From Candidatus Thorarchaeota archaeon (lineage in GTDB: Archaea; Asgardarchaeota; Thorarchaeia; Thorarchaeales; Thorarchaeaceae), in NCBI GenBank assembly GCA_016933575.1, contig JAFGAR010000070.1:21755-85754 (forward strand): a stretch of 64,000 bases of DNA. Reading direction: 5' to 3'. The position numbers and the translations under genes are program-made. Each line of letters begins with the position of its first letter. Position 1 is the first letter of the stretch. The notes under the pieces were generated by a model. That model saw only the letters and a list, made by a program, of their open reading frames with translations. It did no database searches and had not been told where the DNA came from. Shown piece by piece: positions 8,748 to 18,900 of the stretch.

Positions 8748-9950
8748 TTACATTACCGGAGCGTCGCGACCATCATACTTCACATGAAATCCTGTGTCAA
8801 GATTTGCGCTCTCACGAAGGATGTTTGAACTTGCAACAAGTCGTTGAATCTGGTTTGTGCCTTCATAGATCTGTAGTAGTTTTGCATCTCTCATTAGCTT
8901 CTCTACAGGATACTCACTAAGATAGCCATATCCACCCATGATCTGTACTGCATCTGTGGCATTCTGCATTGCTGCATCGGAAGCAAAGAATTTGGCAAAT
9001 GCAGAATCCTTGGAATTGCGTATTCCTTGATCAGCAAGCCAAGCAGCAAACCTCGTTAGTTGCCTTGCAGCAGCAGCTCTAGCACCCATGTCGGCAAGCA
9101 TGAAACTTATTCCTTGGAAGTTACCTATTGGTTGCCCAAATTGATGTCGGATGTTAGCAAATTTTGCAGCCTCGTCAACTGCTCTTTGAGCGACGCCAGT
9201 GGCAATTGCGGCTATTCCTGCTCTTGTCTTATCAAGGGTGGTCATTGCAATCTTGAATCCGTCGCCTTCCTTTCCGACCAGGCAGTCCTTTGGAACTCGT
9301 GCATCCTCAAAGATGACTTCACTCTGGACTGAGTTCTTCTGTCCCATCTTGCTCTCAATGACACCAATCTTGACTGCTTTGCTCTTAGGAACCATGAATA
9401 CAGAAAGCCCCTTGGTCTTCAGCTCTGGTTGCGTTGAAGCAAAGACGGTGAAGAGCGATGCTTGAGGTGCATTTGTAATAAAGCACTTGATACCGTTGAT
9501 GATGTATTCATCACCATCACGCTCGGCTCTGGTTGCGACAGCACCAGCATCTGAACCAGCTCCACGTTCTGTAAGACAGAAAGCTCCAAACTTAGGCTCT
9601 TTTCCTGTAATCAATGGCTCTACATAGGTCTGCAGTTGTTCAATAGTAGCTCCAATCACAAGTGGTGCAAATGCTAAATTGTTGCACATGATTGAAGTTG
9701 CTATCCCTGCACAACCATAACCAGTAGCTTCAGAAACAAAGGTCTCTGCTAGTAAGGATAATCCTGGTCCACCTGCCTCAGTGGGTATGTGCAGGTTCAT
9801 TAGACCTGCTTCAAAGGCTTTGTGAACAATTTCTTTTGGAAATTCATCCCGTTTCTCTAGTTCTTGGGCTCGTGGGGTAATGTTCTCTCGAGTGAAAGTT
9901 TTGGCTCTCTCGAAGAGTTTTTCCTCTTTTTCAGATAGTGCGAAGTCCAT
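8748..9950 (-). CDS. acyl-CoA dehydrogenase
   Basis: FCLTERGAGSDA, NGIKCFITN, RHQFGQPI, GGYGY...RDAKLLQIYEGTNQIQR; likely start MDFAL at 9950 (ORF track extends to 10034). Confidence 0.95.
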   Translation of the reverse strand: MDFALSEKEEKLFERAKTFTRENITPRAQELEKRDEFPKEIVHKAFEAGLMNLHIPTEAGGPGLSLLAETFVSEATGYGCAGIATSIMCNNLAFAPLVIGATIEQLQTYVEPLITGKEPKFGAFCLTERGAGSDAGAVATRAERDGDEYIINGIKCFITNAPQASLFTVFASTQPELKTKGLSVFMVPKSKAVKIGVIESKMGQKNSVQSEVIFEDARVPKDCLVGKEGDGFKIAMTTLDKTRAGIAAIATGVAQRAVDEAAKFANIRHQFGQPIGNFQGISFMLADMGARAAAARQLTRFAAWLADQGIRNSKDSAFAKFFASDAAMQNATDAVQIMGGYGYLSEYPVEKLMRDAKLLQIYEGTNQIQRLVASSNILRESANLDTGFHVKYDGRDAPVM

Positions 9951-10111
9951 CGTCAATCCCGAGTGGTCGTCATTTACCGGCTTATTATCTCTTCGGAGTA
10001 AACAATTAACTCCAAAGAACACCTTTGCACACACTAAAGTGCCTAATCCATCACTATTTTTATAGTCGTATTATTGCTGTTCCTCATCTTAGAACGAGGT
10101 GGTAACACTAC

Positions 10112-11284
10112 TTGCCCCTAAATAATACTAACATAGTAAGTGCTGCACAAACAAAATTCGGAGCCTTAGAGGGCGTGAGTCTGAGAGAGATGTTCTCAGA
10201 GGCTGTTGATAAGGCTACGGTTGGTTCAGGTATTCCTAAGAAGGACATTCAAGCTGCATTCATTGGAACCTTCATTCCTGAGATGCTTGTCCATCAAGGT
10301 CATTCTGCTCCACTACTGCTTGATTTTGCTGGAATGAAAGGTCTACCAGCAACGAGACACGAAGATGCATGTGCGTCTGGAGCTACAGCTCTTCGGGCGG
10401 CAGTAATGGCAATCGAATCTGGAATGTATAATACAGTTCTTGTGGCTGGTGTTGAAAAGATGACTTCTGTTTCAACAAATAAGGCTACAGAAGCACTAGC
10501 TGCCGCCGCTGATGACCAATTCGAATCAGGTATTGGTCTCACATTTCCTGGCGTCTTTGGCATTGCTGCTGTGGCTCACATGCAAAAATACGGAACGACG
10601 GAAGAGGATATGGCTCTAGTTGCTGTCAAAGCCCACAAGAATGCTTCAACCAATCCATATGCTCAATTCCAGAAAGAGATATCCTTGGAAAAGGCGATGA
10701 CACCCAGATACATTGCATGGCCATTGAAGCTATTTGACTGTTCACCAATATCTGATGGTGCAGCTGCATTAGTGCTAACATCAAATGAGAAGGCAAAGCA
10801 GTATACTGACCTCCCGGTGAAGATTATTGGGTCTGGTCAAGCCTCAGCATCAATGAATCTATGCAATAGAGCAGATCTCACATCCTTCAGTTCTTCGGTA
10901 GATGCAAGTAGACAGGCATACAAGATGGCTGGTCTCCAAGCGAAAGACATGGACTTTGCAGTTGTCCATGACTGCTTCACAATTGCTGAGATTATTGCTA
11001 GTGAGGATATTGGATTCTTCAAGCCTGGTGAAGCTACAAAGGCCGTTCGGGATGGTGTGACTGCCTTAGATGGCGATAGACCAATCAATCCTATGGGTGG
11101 TCTAAAGGCAGTGGGACATCCTGTTGGAGCTACCGGAGTCAAACAGGCTGTGGTTGTGTATCGCGAGCTGATTGGCGATGCTGGACCTAATCAAGTATCA
11201 AATCATGATACAGCAATCGTGCATAATTTCGGGGGAACTGGTGCAACATGTGTTGTCAACATCATGAGGAGGGCTGACGCATGA
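10112..11284 (+). CDS. archaeal-type thiolase (acetyl-CoA C-acyltransferase)
   Basis: EDACASG catalytic Cys, HDCFT, GHPVGATG; SD-like GAGGTG upstream of the TTG start. Confidence 0.95.
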   Translation: MPLNNTNIVSAAQTKFGALEGVSLREMFSEAVDKATVGSGIPKKDIQAAFIGTFIPEMLVHQGHSAPLLLDFAGMKGLPATRHEDACASGATALRAAVMAIESGMYNTVLVAGVEKMTSVSTNKATEALAAAADDQFESGIGLTFPGVFGIAAVAHMQKYGTTEEDMALVAVKAHKNASTNPYAQFQKEISLEKAMTPRYIAWPLKLFDCSPISDGAAALVLTSNEKAKQYTDLPVKIIGSGQASASMNLCNRADLTSFSSSVDASRQAYKMAGLQAKDMDFAVVHDCFTIAEIIASEDIGFFKPGEATKAVRDGVTALDGDRPINPMGGLKAVGHPVGATGVKQAVVVYRELIGDAGPNQVSNHDTAIVHNFGGTGATCVVNIMRRADA

Positions 11285-11670
11285 GTGAAAAACCATCAGT
11301 TGAGGCCTATCTAAATAATATCCAGGATGGTCATTTCAAAGCTTACAAGTGTGTTGACTGTGGTATGGTCATTGCACCTCCCTCAGGTAGCTGCTATGGT
11401 TGTGGAAGTAGCAATATGTCATGGACTGAGGTAAGCGGGAAAGGCAAGTTAATCGCTTTCACGGTCATTCACATTGCTCCAGATGAGTTCGCAGAGGAAG
11501 TACCATACTATGTAGCAATTGTCGAGCTTGCAGAGGGTACTCGGGTGAGTGCTCGGTTGCTTGGTTACGACCCTCTGAAACCTGAAGATGTCAAGATTGG
11601 AATCGATGTCAAGCTAGACTATGAGATGGGCAAATCCGGTAGAAACTATCTGGCATTTAGACCCATTTAA
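11281..11670 (+). CDS. DUF35 Zn-ribbon/OB-fold thiolase partner
   Basis: C..C...PP...C..C, GKGKLIAFTVIH, PYYVAIVEL; overlaps the thiolase stop codon. Confidence 0.92.
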   Translation: MSEKPSVEAYLNNIQDGHFKAYKCVDCGMVIAPPSGSCYGCGSSNMSWTEVSGKGKLIAFTVIHIAPDEFAEEVPYYVAIVELAEGTRVSARLLGYDPLKPEDVKIGIDVKLDYEMGKSGRNYLAFRPI

Positions 11671-11675
11671 TTCCC

Positions 11676-11712
11676 AGAGGGGTTTCTATAAAAGAAACCC
11701 TTCTCCTCCATT
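11676..11712 (+). terminator. hairpin terminator after thiolase-DUF35
   Basis: AGAGGGGTTTCT/AGAAACCCTTCT 12-bp stem with a G-U pair on the coding strand, then a pyrimidine-rich tract. Confidence 0.55.
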
Positions 11713-11764
11713 TCACAATCTCTATAATCCGTTCTCTACTGCCAATGTAGTGAGGTAGTCAGAT

Positions 11765-12754
11765 GTGATTGAGAAGAAATACTCTGAATTACTACGTATA
11801 AAGCCCAAACCTGACAAGATGACATTCTCTGAATGTTCATCAGGGTTGAGAGCTCGTTTTGATCGAGGTCTTCTCGAAAAGCATCTACCTGTAACCTCCG
11901 GTGTTCAAAAAGGAGACCAGAGTCTACTTGAAGTACTCGGGGTAGTGATTCCTGAAAGTACTCGTGAAGCGTTGAAGGCTACAGAGTTTATCGGAGTCTA
12001 TGGTCGAATAGTCACTTCCGAGGATTTTCCAAATCTTCTCTGTTTGCAGTATCTATACGTCTGGGACTATCAAGCAGTTCCAGCTCATGAGGCTGATTAT
12101 GAGCCTATCTTTGTATACGTTGACAAACGAAGAGAATATGCTATCTATGACCTTGCTCATTATTGTTCAAGAAGAATTGACCTCTCTGCTCCAATCAAAG
12201 GAACTCTTGGTCTTCGAATGATTCCGGGTTGGCATTCTTTTCTCCCTGCATATATCACCGATGGCTCTAGGGATAATAATCTGAACATACAACCTCTCTC
12301 TGATCAACATCTTCGCAGCTGGTGGTCAATTCCTGAGGAGGCTCCAAGATTGAAGATAGTCAATCATCTAAGAGACCCCTTTCAGCTACAGGCACCTGGT
12401 CATTTCATGGATGCTCCTGATGAGAATGCAAAGACAATGTGCTGTTCATTTCTTCAAATCGAGAATGCAATGGCTGAGTTTGATGATCCTCGACAAGGTA
12501 TCATTGAAGGTGTTAAACGAGCATTTGCCAATTGCGTTGGTCTTCTGGCTTTCTATAGAATCGGCGCATTTATTCAACTATTAACAGAGATGAGTGATAT
12601 CGGAATGCTCAAAGTTCCACTAACATCAAAGGGAATCGATTTGGTAGCAATAAGTAACCTACTCCGAGATGGTCTTGTTTCGCTGACCAATGCAGGTCGA
12701 CAGTTCTTCGAAGATTTCTATATGAGGCAACCCTCGGAAGATGAACCAGAGTGA
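11765..12754 (+). CDS. hypothetical protein with NPP1/Vps62-like motif
   Basis: QYLYVWDYQ...HEADYEPIFVYV resembles the Y.W/F...H..DWE motif. Confidence 0.45.
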   Translation: MIEKKYSELLRIKPKPDKMTFSECSSGLRARFDRGLLEKHLPVTSGVQKGDQSLLEVLGVVIPESTREALKATEFIGVYGRIVTSEDFPNLLCLQYLYVWDYQAVPAHEADYEPIFVYVDKRREYAIYDLAHYCSRRIDLSAPIKGTLGLRMIPGWHSFLPAYITDGSRDNNLNIQPLSDQHLRSWWSIPEEAPRLKIVNHLRDPFQLQAPGHFMDAPDENAKTMCCSFLQIENAMAEFDDPRQGIIEGVKRAFANCVGLLAFYRIGAFIQLLTEMSDIGMLKVPLTSKGIDLVAISNLLRDGLVSLTNAGRQFFEDFYMRQPSEDEPE

Positions 12755-13501
12755 TTACTCTGTTGCTTGTATATCCGCTTTTCTAATTTTCTTGCCTACC
12801 TGTGCCCAGTCTAAGCGGACAGCAAGATATACGGTCACAATGAGTAACACAATACCCAGGACTTCCACTGTTGCTGAGATTGGAGTGACAGGTCCTCCGA
12901 CTCCTAATAGCTCAATGAACCAGTCCAAGCTAAGACGTCCAGCCCACGAAACAGCTGAGAGAAAGATAATCTCACCAATAAGACATGGCCAAAATAACTT
13001 CCACCATGAATATCTGGCTACACCCAAAGCAACCACTGCAGGGTCTAGAGGAAGTGGTGTGGATGCTAGAAGAAAGATTGCAGCTGGTGTGGCTCTAGGA
13101 TAGGTTTCAATGAATCTACTGAATCCCTTAGTATTAGCATCATCAACTAGACGTCTTCCCGCATAACCCAGAGCATAGCTTGTCATATCGCCAATCGTTG
13201 CTCCAATACCTGACAAGATCCCCACTACCCAGGGATCGAATATGAAAGGACCAACAATTCCATCGCGCAAACCTCCAAGTACAAATGGAACGCCAGCAAA
13301 CGGAATCTCGACAACAACACTTGCACTTCCCAGCAGACACACGAGGAATGTTCCTGGGTAGCCCAAAACAACTGCAAAATCAGCGACCCATTGAAAGAAA
13401 TTAGCTAGTGGACTAACAGCAGAAGGATACACCAAGAGGACTATCCAATACATGAAAGCAATTATCATAGAAGACGCAAATACTTGATCTGCACGTCTCA
13501 T
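12755..13501 (-). CDS. DedA/VTT-domain membrane protein
   Basis: GIGATIGDMTSYALGYAGR and LASTPLPLDP motifs. Confidence 0.85.
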   Translation of the reverse strand: MRRADQVFASSMIIAFMYWIVLLVYPSAVSPLANFFQWVADFAVVLGYPGTFLVCLLGSASVVVEIPFAGVPFVLGGLRDGIVGPFIFDPWVVGILSGIGATIGDMTSYALGYAGRRLVDDANTKGFSRFIETYPRATPAAIFLLASTPLPLDPAVVALGVARYSWWKLFWPCLIGEIIFLSAVSWAGRLSLDWFIELLGVGGPVTPISATVEVLGIVLLIVTVYLAVRLDWAQVGKKIRKADIQATE

Positions 13502-14232
13502 TGATCTTTGTCCTCCTCCTTTGGTATGAGCATAGACCAGTTAATCGTAACTAGAAAATAGATTGCTATAATAATCAACAAAACACTTGATACCTCAATA
13601 GCCCTCGAAATAATGCTTGTCGGATCGGTACTGCCTATCAATGAACCAATGAAATCCAACCCAATTCTACCCGACCATGCTACTCCAATCATGAACATTG
13701 TCTTTCCAAGGAATTGGGGCATCATCACCTTCCACCATGGATATCTTGCTGCTCCTAGTGGGACAATTAGGACATCATCAGGAAACGGTGTCACAGCAAG
13801 GAACCATAATACAAATGGTGTCGCCTTTGGATGTCTTTCCACATATTTCCTGAAAGCATCCCTCTGGTTCTCTTCTATAAGCTGACCTCCACCATAACCC
13901 ACAAAATAACTTATCATCTCTCCGAGCATTGCACCAAACCCAGAAAGGAGACCTACCAGCCATGGATCAAAAAGGAATTGACCAGTCATTTCGTCAGTCA
14001 ATCCTCCAAGAATGAAAGTCACTCCCATATACGGGAATGGGAAGAGTACTGTAGCGTTTCCGATAAAGGAGATCAGCAGATCACCAGAGTATCCAAGTAG
14101 TAGGGAAAAATCTAGAAACCAGTTGTATACAAGTACTATCGGACTAGCTATCCCTGGAATTATGATTGAAATTACAAAATACGCTGCCAATGAGATGATC
14201 GCAAGTAGAAGGAATTTATCAGCTCTTCTCAT
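13498..14232 (-). CDS. DedA/VTT-domain membrane protein (paralog)
   Basis: GFGAMLGEMISYFVGYGG, LAVTPFPDD, FLGK motifs; both paralogs start MRRAD. Confidence 0.85.
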   Translation of the reverse strand: MRRADKFLLLAIISLAAYFVISIIIPGIASPIVLVYNWFLDFSLLLGYSGDLLISFIGNATVLFPFPYMGVTFILGGLTDEMTGQFLFDPWLVGLLSGFGAMLGEMISYFVGYGGGQLIEENQRDAFRKYVERHPKATPFVLWFLAVTPFPDDVLIVPLGAARYPWWKVMMPQFLGKTMFMIGVAWSGRIGLDFIGSLIGSTDPTSIISRAIEVSSVLLIIIAIYFLVTINWSMLIPKEEDKDQ

Positions 14233-14342
14233 CTTACTCTAGTCCGTCAGATGTCCATTATTGATTGAATATGAAGATTGTCACAGACAAATGCTGGTAA
14301 CTTTAAGTGGTACGCAGACCACTTCACATAGGGTAATCTCTC

Positions 14343-15611
14343 GTGAGAATCGATTTGCGTTATGGTGACGGATCTCTTCCATTAGAACTGCCGCGAAGGT
14401 TTGATGTCAATATTATCCAACCACGGTCAACCATTGATGCTCCTAGTTATCCTGAAGAAGTTGTCAGAGCGATTGAGAACCCTGTTAATGCAAATCCTCT
14501 CTCACAGTTACATAATGCACCATCTACGACTTCCATAGTGGTGAATGGATCTCAAGATATCAATATCACAAAAAGACTTCTTGATACCCTTCTCGACTTA
14601 CTTCGAACCTTCATATCTGACTCTCAAAATATTGCAATCATTTTTCCAATTGATGGCAAACAGAAATCTGATGTGAAGAACATCGATAGGTTGCATAAGA
14701 CTATCTTGAAAGAAGGCTATGAGTTAGTATTTCATGATTCAAGGGAATCTGATTCAGTACAAAATATTGGTACGACTCCCACTCATTCAACTCCAGTGTC
14801 TGTGAATAAGAGATTTTTAGAATCAGATATCAGAATTGGACTTGGAACGATTCGACCCAACATCTTTACTGGAGTCACTGGAGGACCCATGTCTGTTCTC
14901 CCCTTTGCTTGTGGAATTAAGACAATTATACGAAATGCAAAACTTCAAGCTACTCGACCAACCGGTCCACTCAATCTGAAAAATGCAGCATCTATTGACA
15001 TGATGGAAGCAAGTAAGATTGCAGGGCTACAGTATGTTCTCAATGCGATACCTGACTATAATGGTACAATCTCTAAGATTATTGCAGGTAGCCCATCTGA
15101 TGTCTGGGAAAGTAGTATAAATTTGGTTCGAACTCTTACAGAAGCTCCTATTCGTCAAAAGGCGGATATCGCAATTGTCAGCGCTGGGGGATCTGGATGG
15201 GATAAGTCGCTCTATGATGCAGTAGATTGTCTCTATGCCGCACATGAGGCAACTGAACATGGAGGTGTCATTGTCCTAATTGCTGAATGCTCTGATGGTC
15301 CTGGACCAACCGGTTTTGTTAGAGGTGTTTCCGATTGTTCATCTGAAAATGAAATAGATACAATGGCTGAAACAAGTTTCGAGTTGGGAATGGAAAGAGC
15401 ACGATTCTTTTGGCGAGTTCTTTCATCCAAGAAATTAGTGTTATGCAGTAGATTAAGAGAGTCAATTGTTACAGAACGTTTTCACAGCCACGCAGTCAGA
15501 GACCCTCAAGAAGGTCTTGAATTAGCAAAGGGTCTACTAGTTTCTACATCAAAGATTGCTCTCATCCCAAATGGTAATACAACCATCCCAATTCAGACCA
15601 ATTCAATATGA
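14343..15611 (+). CDS. LarA (lactate racemase)-like protein, catalytic residues degenerate
   Basis: LRYG start, AIENPV, FHDS, IGTT...TPVSVNKRFLESD, ADIAIVSAGG, GGVIVLIAECSDG. Confidence 0.8.
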   Translation: MRIDLRYGDGSLPLELPRRFDVNIIQPRSTIDAPSYPEEVVRAIENPVNANPLSQLHNAPSTTSIVVNGSQDINITKRLLDTLLDLLRTFISDSQNIAIIFPIDGKQKSDVKNIDRLHKTILKEGYELVFHDSRESDSVQNIGTTPTHSTPVSVNKRFLESDIRIGLGTIRPNIFTGVTGGPMSVLPFACGIKTIIRNAKLQATRPTGPLNLKNAASIDMMEASKIAGLQYVLNAIPDYNGTISKIIAGSPSDVWESSINLVRTLTEAPIRQKADIAIVSAGGSGWDKSLYDAVDCLYAAHEATEHGGVIVLIAECSDGPGPTGFVRGVSDCSSENEIDTMAETSFELGMERARFFWRVLSSKKLVLCSRLRESIVTERFHSHAVRDPQEGLELAKGLLVSTSKIALIPNGNTTIPIQTNSI

Positions 15612-15914
15612 TTACTTCTCATCAAAGAGGGCATCTACAGCACCAATAGCTCCTCGTGCCTCTTCACTAGTAAACTCGCCTAGTGAACCTGATTTTGCGA
15701 TCTGTATTGTAACAACAGCTTGTTCATCTCTGGGTTGCATCTCCCACGAAACATCGAACCCTGGTTGTTCAGCAATGAATTGCTTTAGCATATCGAGCCA
15801 TGCTTCCTTGACGTCGTCTATCGTGATGTAAATGAACTCTATGAGTGGGATTGATATTTCGACCCTAAGAATACGTCCATCAAGGATGTAGTAGTTTTCA
15901 ATGTCCCATGGCAT
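15612..15914 (-). CDS. hypothetical protein
   Basis: ATG start with upstream GAGG; fills the gap between convergent genes. Confidence 0.6.
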   Translation of the reverse strand: MPWDIENYYILDGRILRVEISIPLIEFIYITIDDVKEAWLDMLKQFIAEQPGFDVSWEMQPRDEQAVVTIQIAKSGSLGEFTSEEARGAIGAVDALFDEK

Positions 15915-15976
15915 AGGATTGCCTCGCAGTGAATTCGCATTGTCTGATAGATAAGTGTTCTTAGCCTGTTTGATAT

Positions 15977-18900
15977 CTATTCTTCTGTTGTGTTATCTTT
16001 TTTGGGCTCTTCATCTTTCTTTGCCGTTAAGAGCGATTCAACATCCTTAACGAAGGCTTCCATTGGGTCAATCTCTTTCTCAGACTCAGAAGGTGGAGGT
16101 TCGATATCTACGTCCTTGTCGTGAGTTGGTTCTTCTTCTTTCTCTTCTTCTATATCCTCAGGCTCTTCTTCTGTAATCTCATCCTCTGGAACTGGTTCCA
16201 TGTCTTCCTCAGACTCTTCGGTTGAAGGCCCTTCCATGATTTCTGTTGGCTCTCCATTAGAGAGACCCATCCCCTGTCGTTGAAGGACAGTCTGCACGCC
16301 GACTGGGACTATTGCGCCTTTGTCTTGAAGGGCTAACAGTCTATCCAGGATTTTAGCTTCGGATTCTTCGAGCATCTCAGAGAGTGGTGTCAACAGATTT
16401 CTGATGAAGAACTCTCCCCGTTCATCCCTGACTGCTGCAATGTAATCAAGAATTCTTGCTTCAGTTTTCGAGACCTTTTGTGTTGGTCCAAACCTGTGCG
16501 GGAGCAGCCATGAATAATTGAATGCTGAATTCAATGTTGATACGACCCATTCTGGGTCGAAGCAGTCGATAAGCCCAGTCCACCCATCAAGGTCTCTCTC
16601 ATATTGATTCTCGAATAGTTCAACAAAGAATTGCAATCGGTCTTTTAGGAGGGGCGTCATCTCTCCCTCCAAAATGAGGATTCCTATGATCTTATCACCG
16701 CTATAGCTGTTCAATCGAAGTCCATGATATTGGATCTCTTCAAGAGTTCCACGTACGCCATCACCTTTGATTTCACCATATACACTCGTTATTGCTGCAA
16801 TGAATCCGCTGATTAGGTCTGGTTGAATTCTTTCGTCAGTGAATGGATGGTAGAAGACACAAGTTCCTCTATCGAGGTAAACTGCCATGAAATGTCGAAG
16901 TGACTCTAGGTCAACAAACATCTGAAGCTGGTTGTCAAGCGAAGAGCGAGCTGCACGCTTCTTTGGTTTAATCTTACGATTATATGTGGCAGCTACAATT
17001 CCAAGGACTACAAATGAGATTAGTATGAGTCGTCCTATATTGTCCATGAAAAAGAAGTTGAAGAGAATTAGTAGTGGATTGGTTCCTGCTCCAACAGTTA
17101 TTGCCTTTTCAGCGCTCCATAGTAGTCTACTTCCGTGATAATACGCTTCAGCTTGAATCGACTCGATACTTCCAGATGGAATCTCAAAATTCCATGTTGC
17201 AATACCATTTGTGTTTGTTGAGTCGTATTGTGAACTATCGTCTCTAACGAGTTGAGTACCATTTACGAATGTAATTCTAACAACAAAATAGATGTCTTGT
17301 CCAACTACAGGCGTTCCTGTGTCATTATAACGTAATGTGGCAATTAGGCTTACAATTTGTCCCTCTATACTTGGGTCTCCCTCAGAAGTCAATTCAAGAT
17401 TAACAGAACGTTTACCCTGAACGAGTAGTGAGAATGTGTCAGAGGCTGAGTTAGCCAAAGGTGCACTTGCCGCAATAGCTACCGTATAAGTTCCAGGCGT
17501 AAGATCGAGTAAAATTTCAATGCTGTAAACACCTGCTGAGTATGCTAATGTATAATCGACACCATCAAGGGTCATCACTACATTTGCTCCAGTTATTGGA
17601 GTGCTATAAAGCGAGTCTGAATACGTCACTGTAACTGTGAGATTCCATTGTTCGTATTCTTGGTCGAGTGCGTCGATAGAGATAGTAGTAGTTGCTCGCA
17701 CACTCAGGGTGAGAAAGACTGTAGTTGTTTCATATCCATATCTGACCATGGTCACATTGACTTGATAAATCCCTGCAGTCTGAGGTGGTGCAATATTGAC
17801 TGAATATTCTCCGACTGCATATACTGTTTCAATTCCATTGACTGTGATATACAAGATAGCATCACTGATTATTGTACCAATCGAATCTCTTACAGTCATA
17901 GCCAGAGGCGCGTCTGTTGCATAATCTGTGGTCGCTGCGGAACTTGTCCACGAGTTTTCTAGCGAGGGAATATCCTCTGTCACATAGAGAGTCTGTGTTT
18001 CTTGTCCTTGGTCATAGCCATCTCTACTAGCTCGCACAGTGAGTGTTGTGGTACCAAGGTAATCACTACCATCCAGTGTGACTTCCCACTGCTCAGAAAG
18101 GGGATTATAGGTCATGTTTACTAGTGGATATCCAACGAATGTAACTCTGACCCAAGCATCGCTAATCGGGACAGAGTTGAAATTATATGTGACAGTTATC
18201 GTGATCTGTTCTATGTAGGTGATATTTCGATCTGTTGGGTTCCAATCAACAGAGAATACAACTCCTGTCTCACTACTTACAGAGATCGTCAGTGTGTCAT
18301 TATACTGAGGTGCATATCCTATCTTCCATGCACTAACGTTTAGTGAGATAATACCTGGGACACCAGTGAAATTCTCGCCATGCAATTCAATCCAATAGAC
18401 CTCTGCTATACCGTCCCATGTGAGATTGTAGGTATGCGATTCAAAGGTGACATTCACCCATGCACCTGGAATACGTATATCATTCACATCCACGTAGGAA
18501 ACTGTGAGATTTGTACTTTCCAAGTAAGAAATGTCATTACCCTGCAACCAAGTCCAGTTAATCGGTTTAGTTTCATAGGTTAGGTCAATAGCGATTATTA
18601 GACTCTGATTTTCCAAAGCATACCCTTCTGCATAGATGTAAAGAAGATGAATACATGATGACATCCCTGTTGTGTCTATATCCTTCGTCCACCTCCCATT
18701 TCCCTGATCATCCATAGTCGCATTGATTATCGCACCAAATGAATATGTGACATCTGATAGGGAATCATCTATTCCTAGAAACGGAAATATGCAATCAAAA
18801 TCAACACCTATTGAGAATGCTGAAGATGTATCAGCGTATGCTGAGATACTATAATCATCAGCAACAAGAGTTGTTGAGTAGAACACGAAGACTTCTGTCA

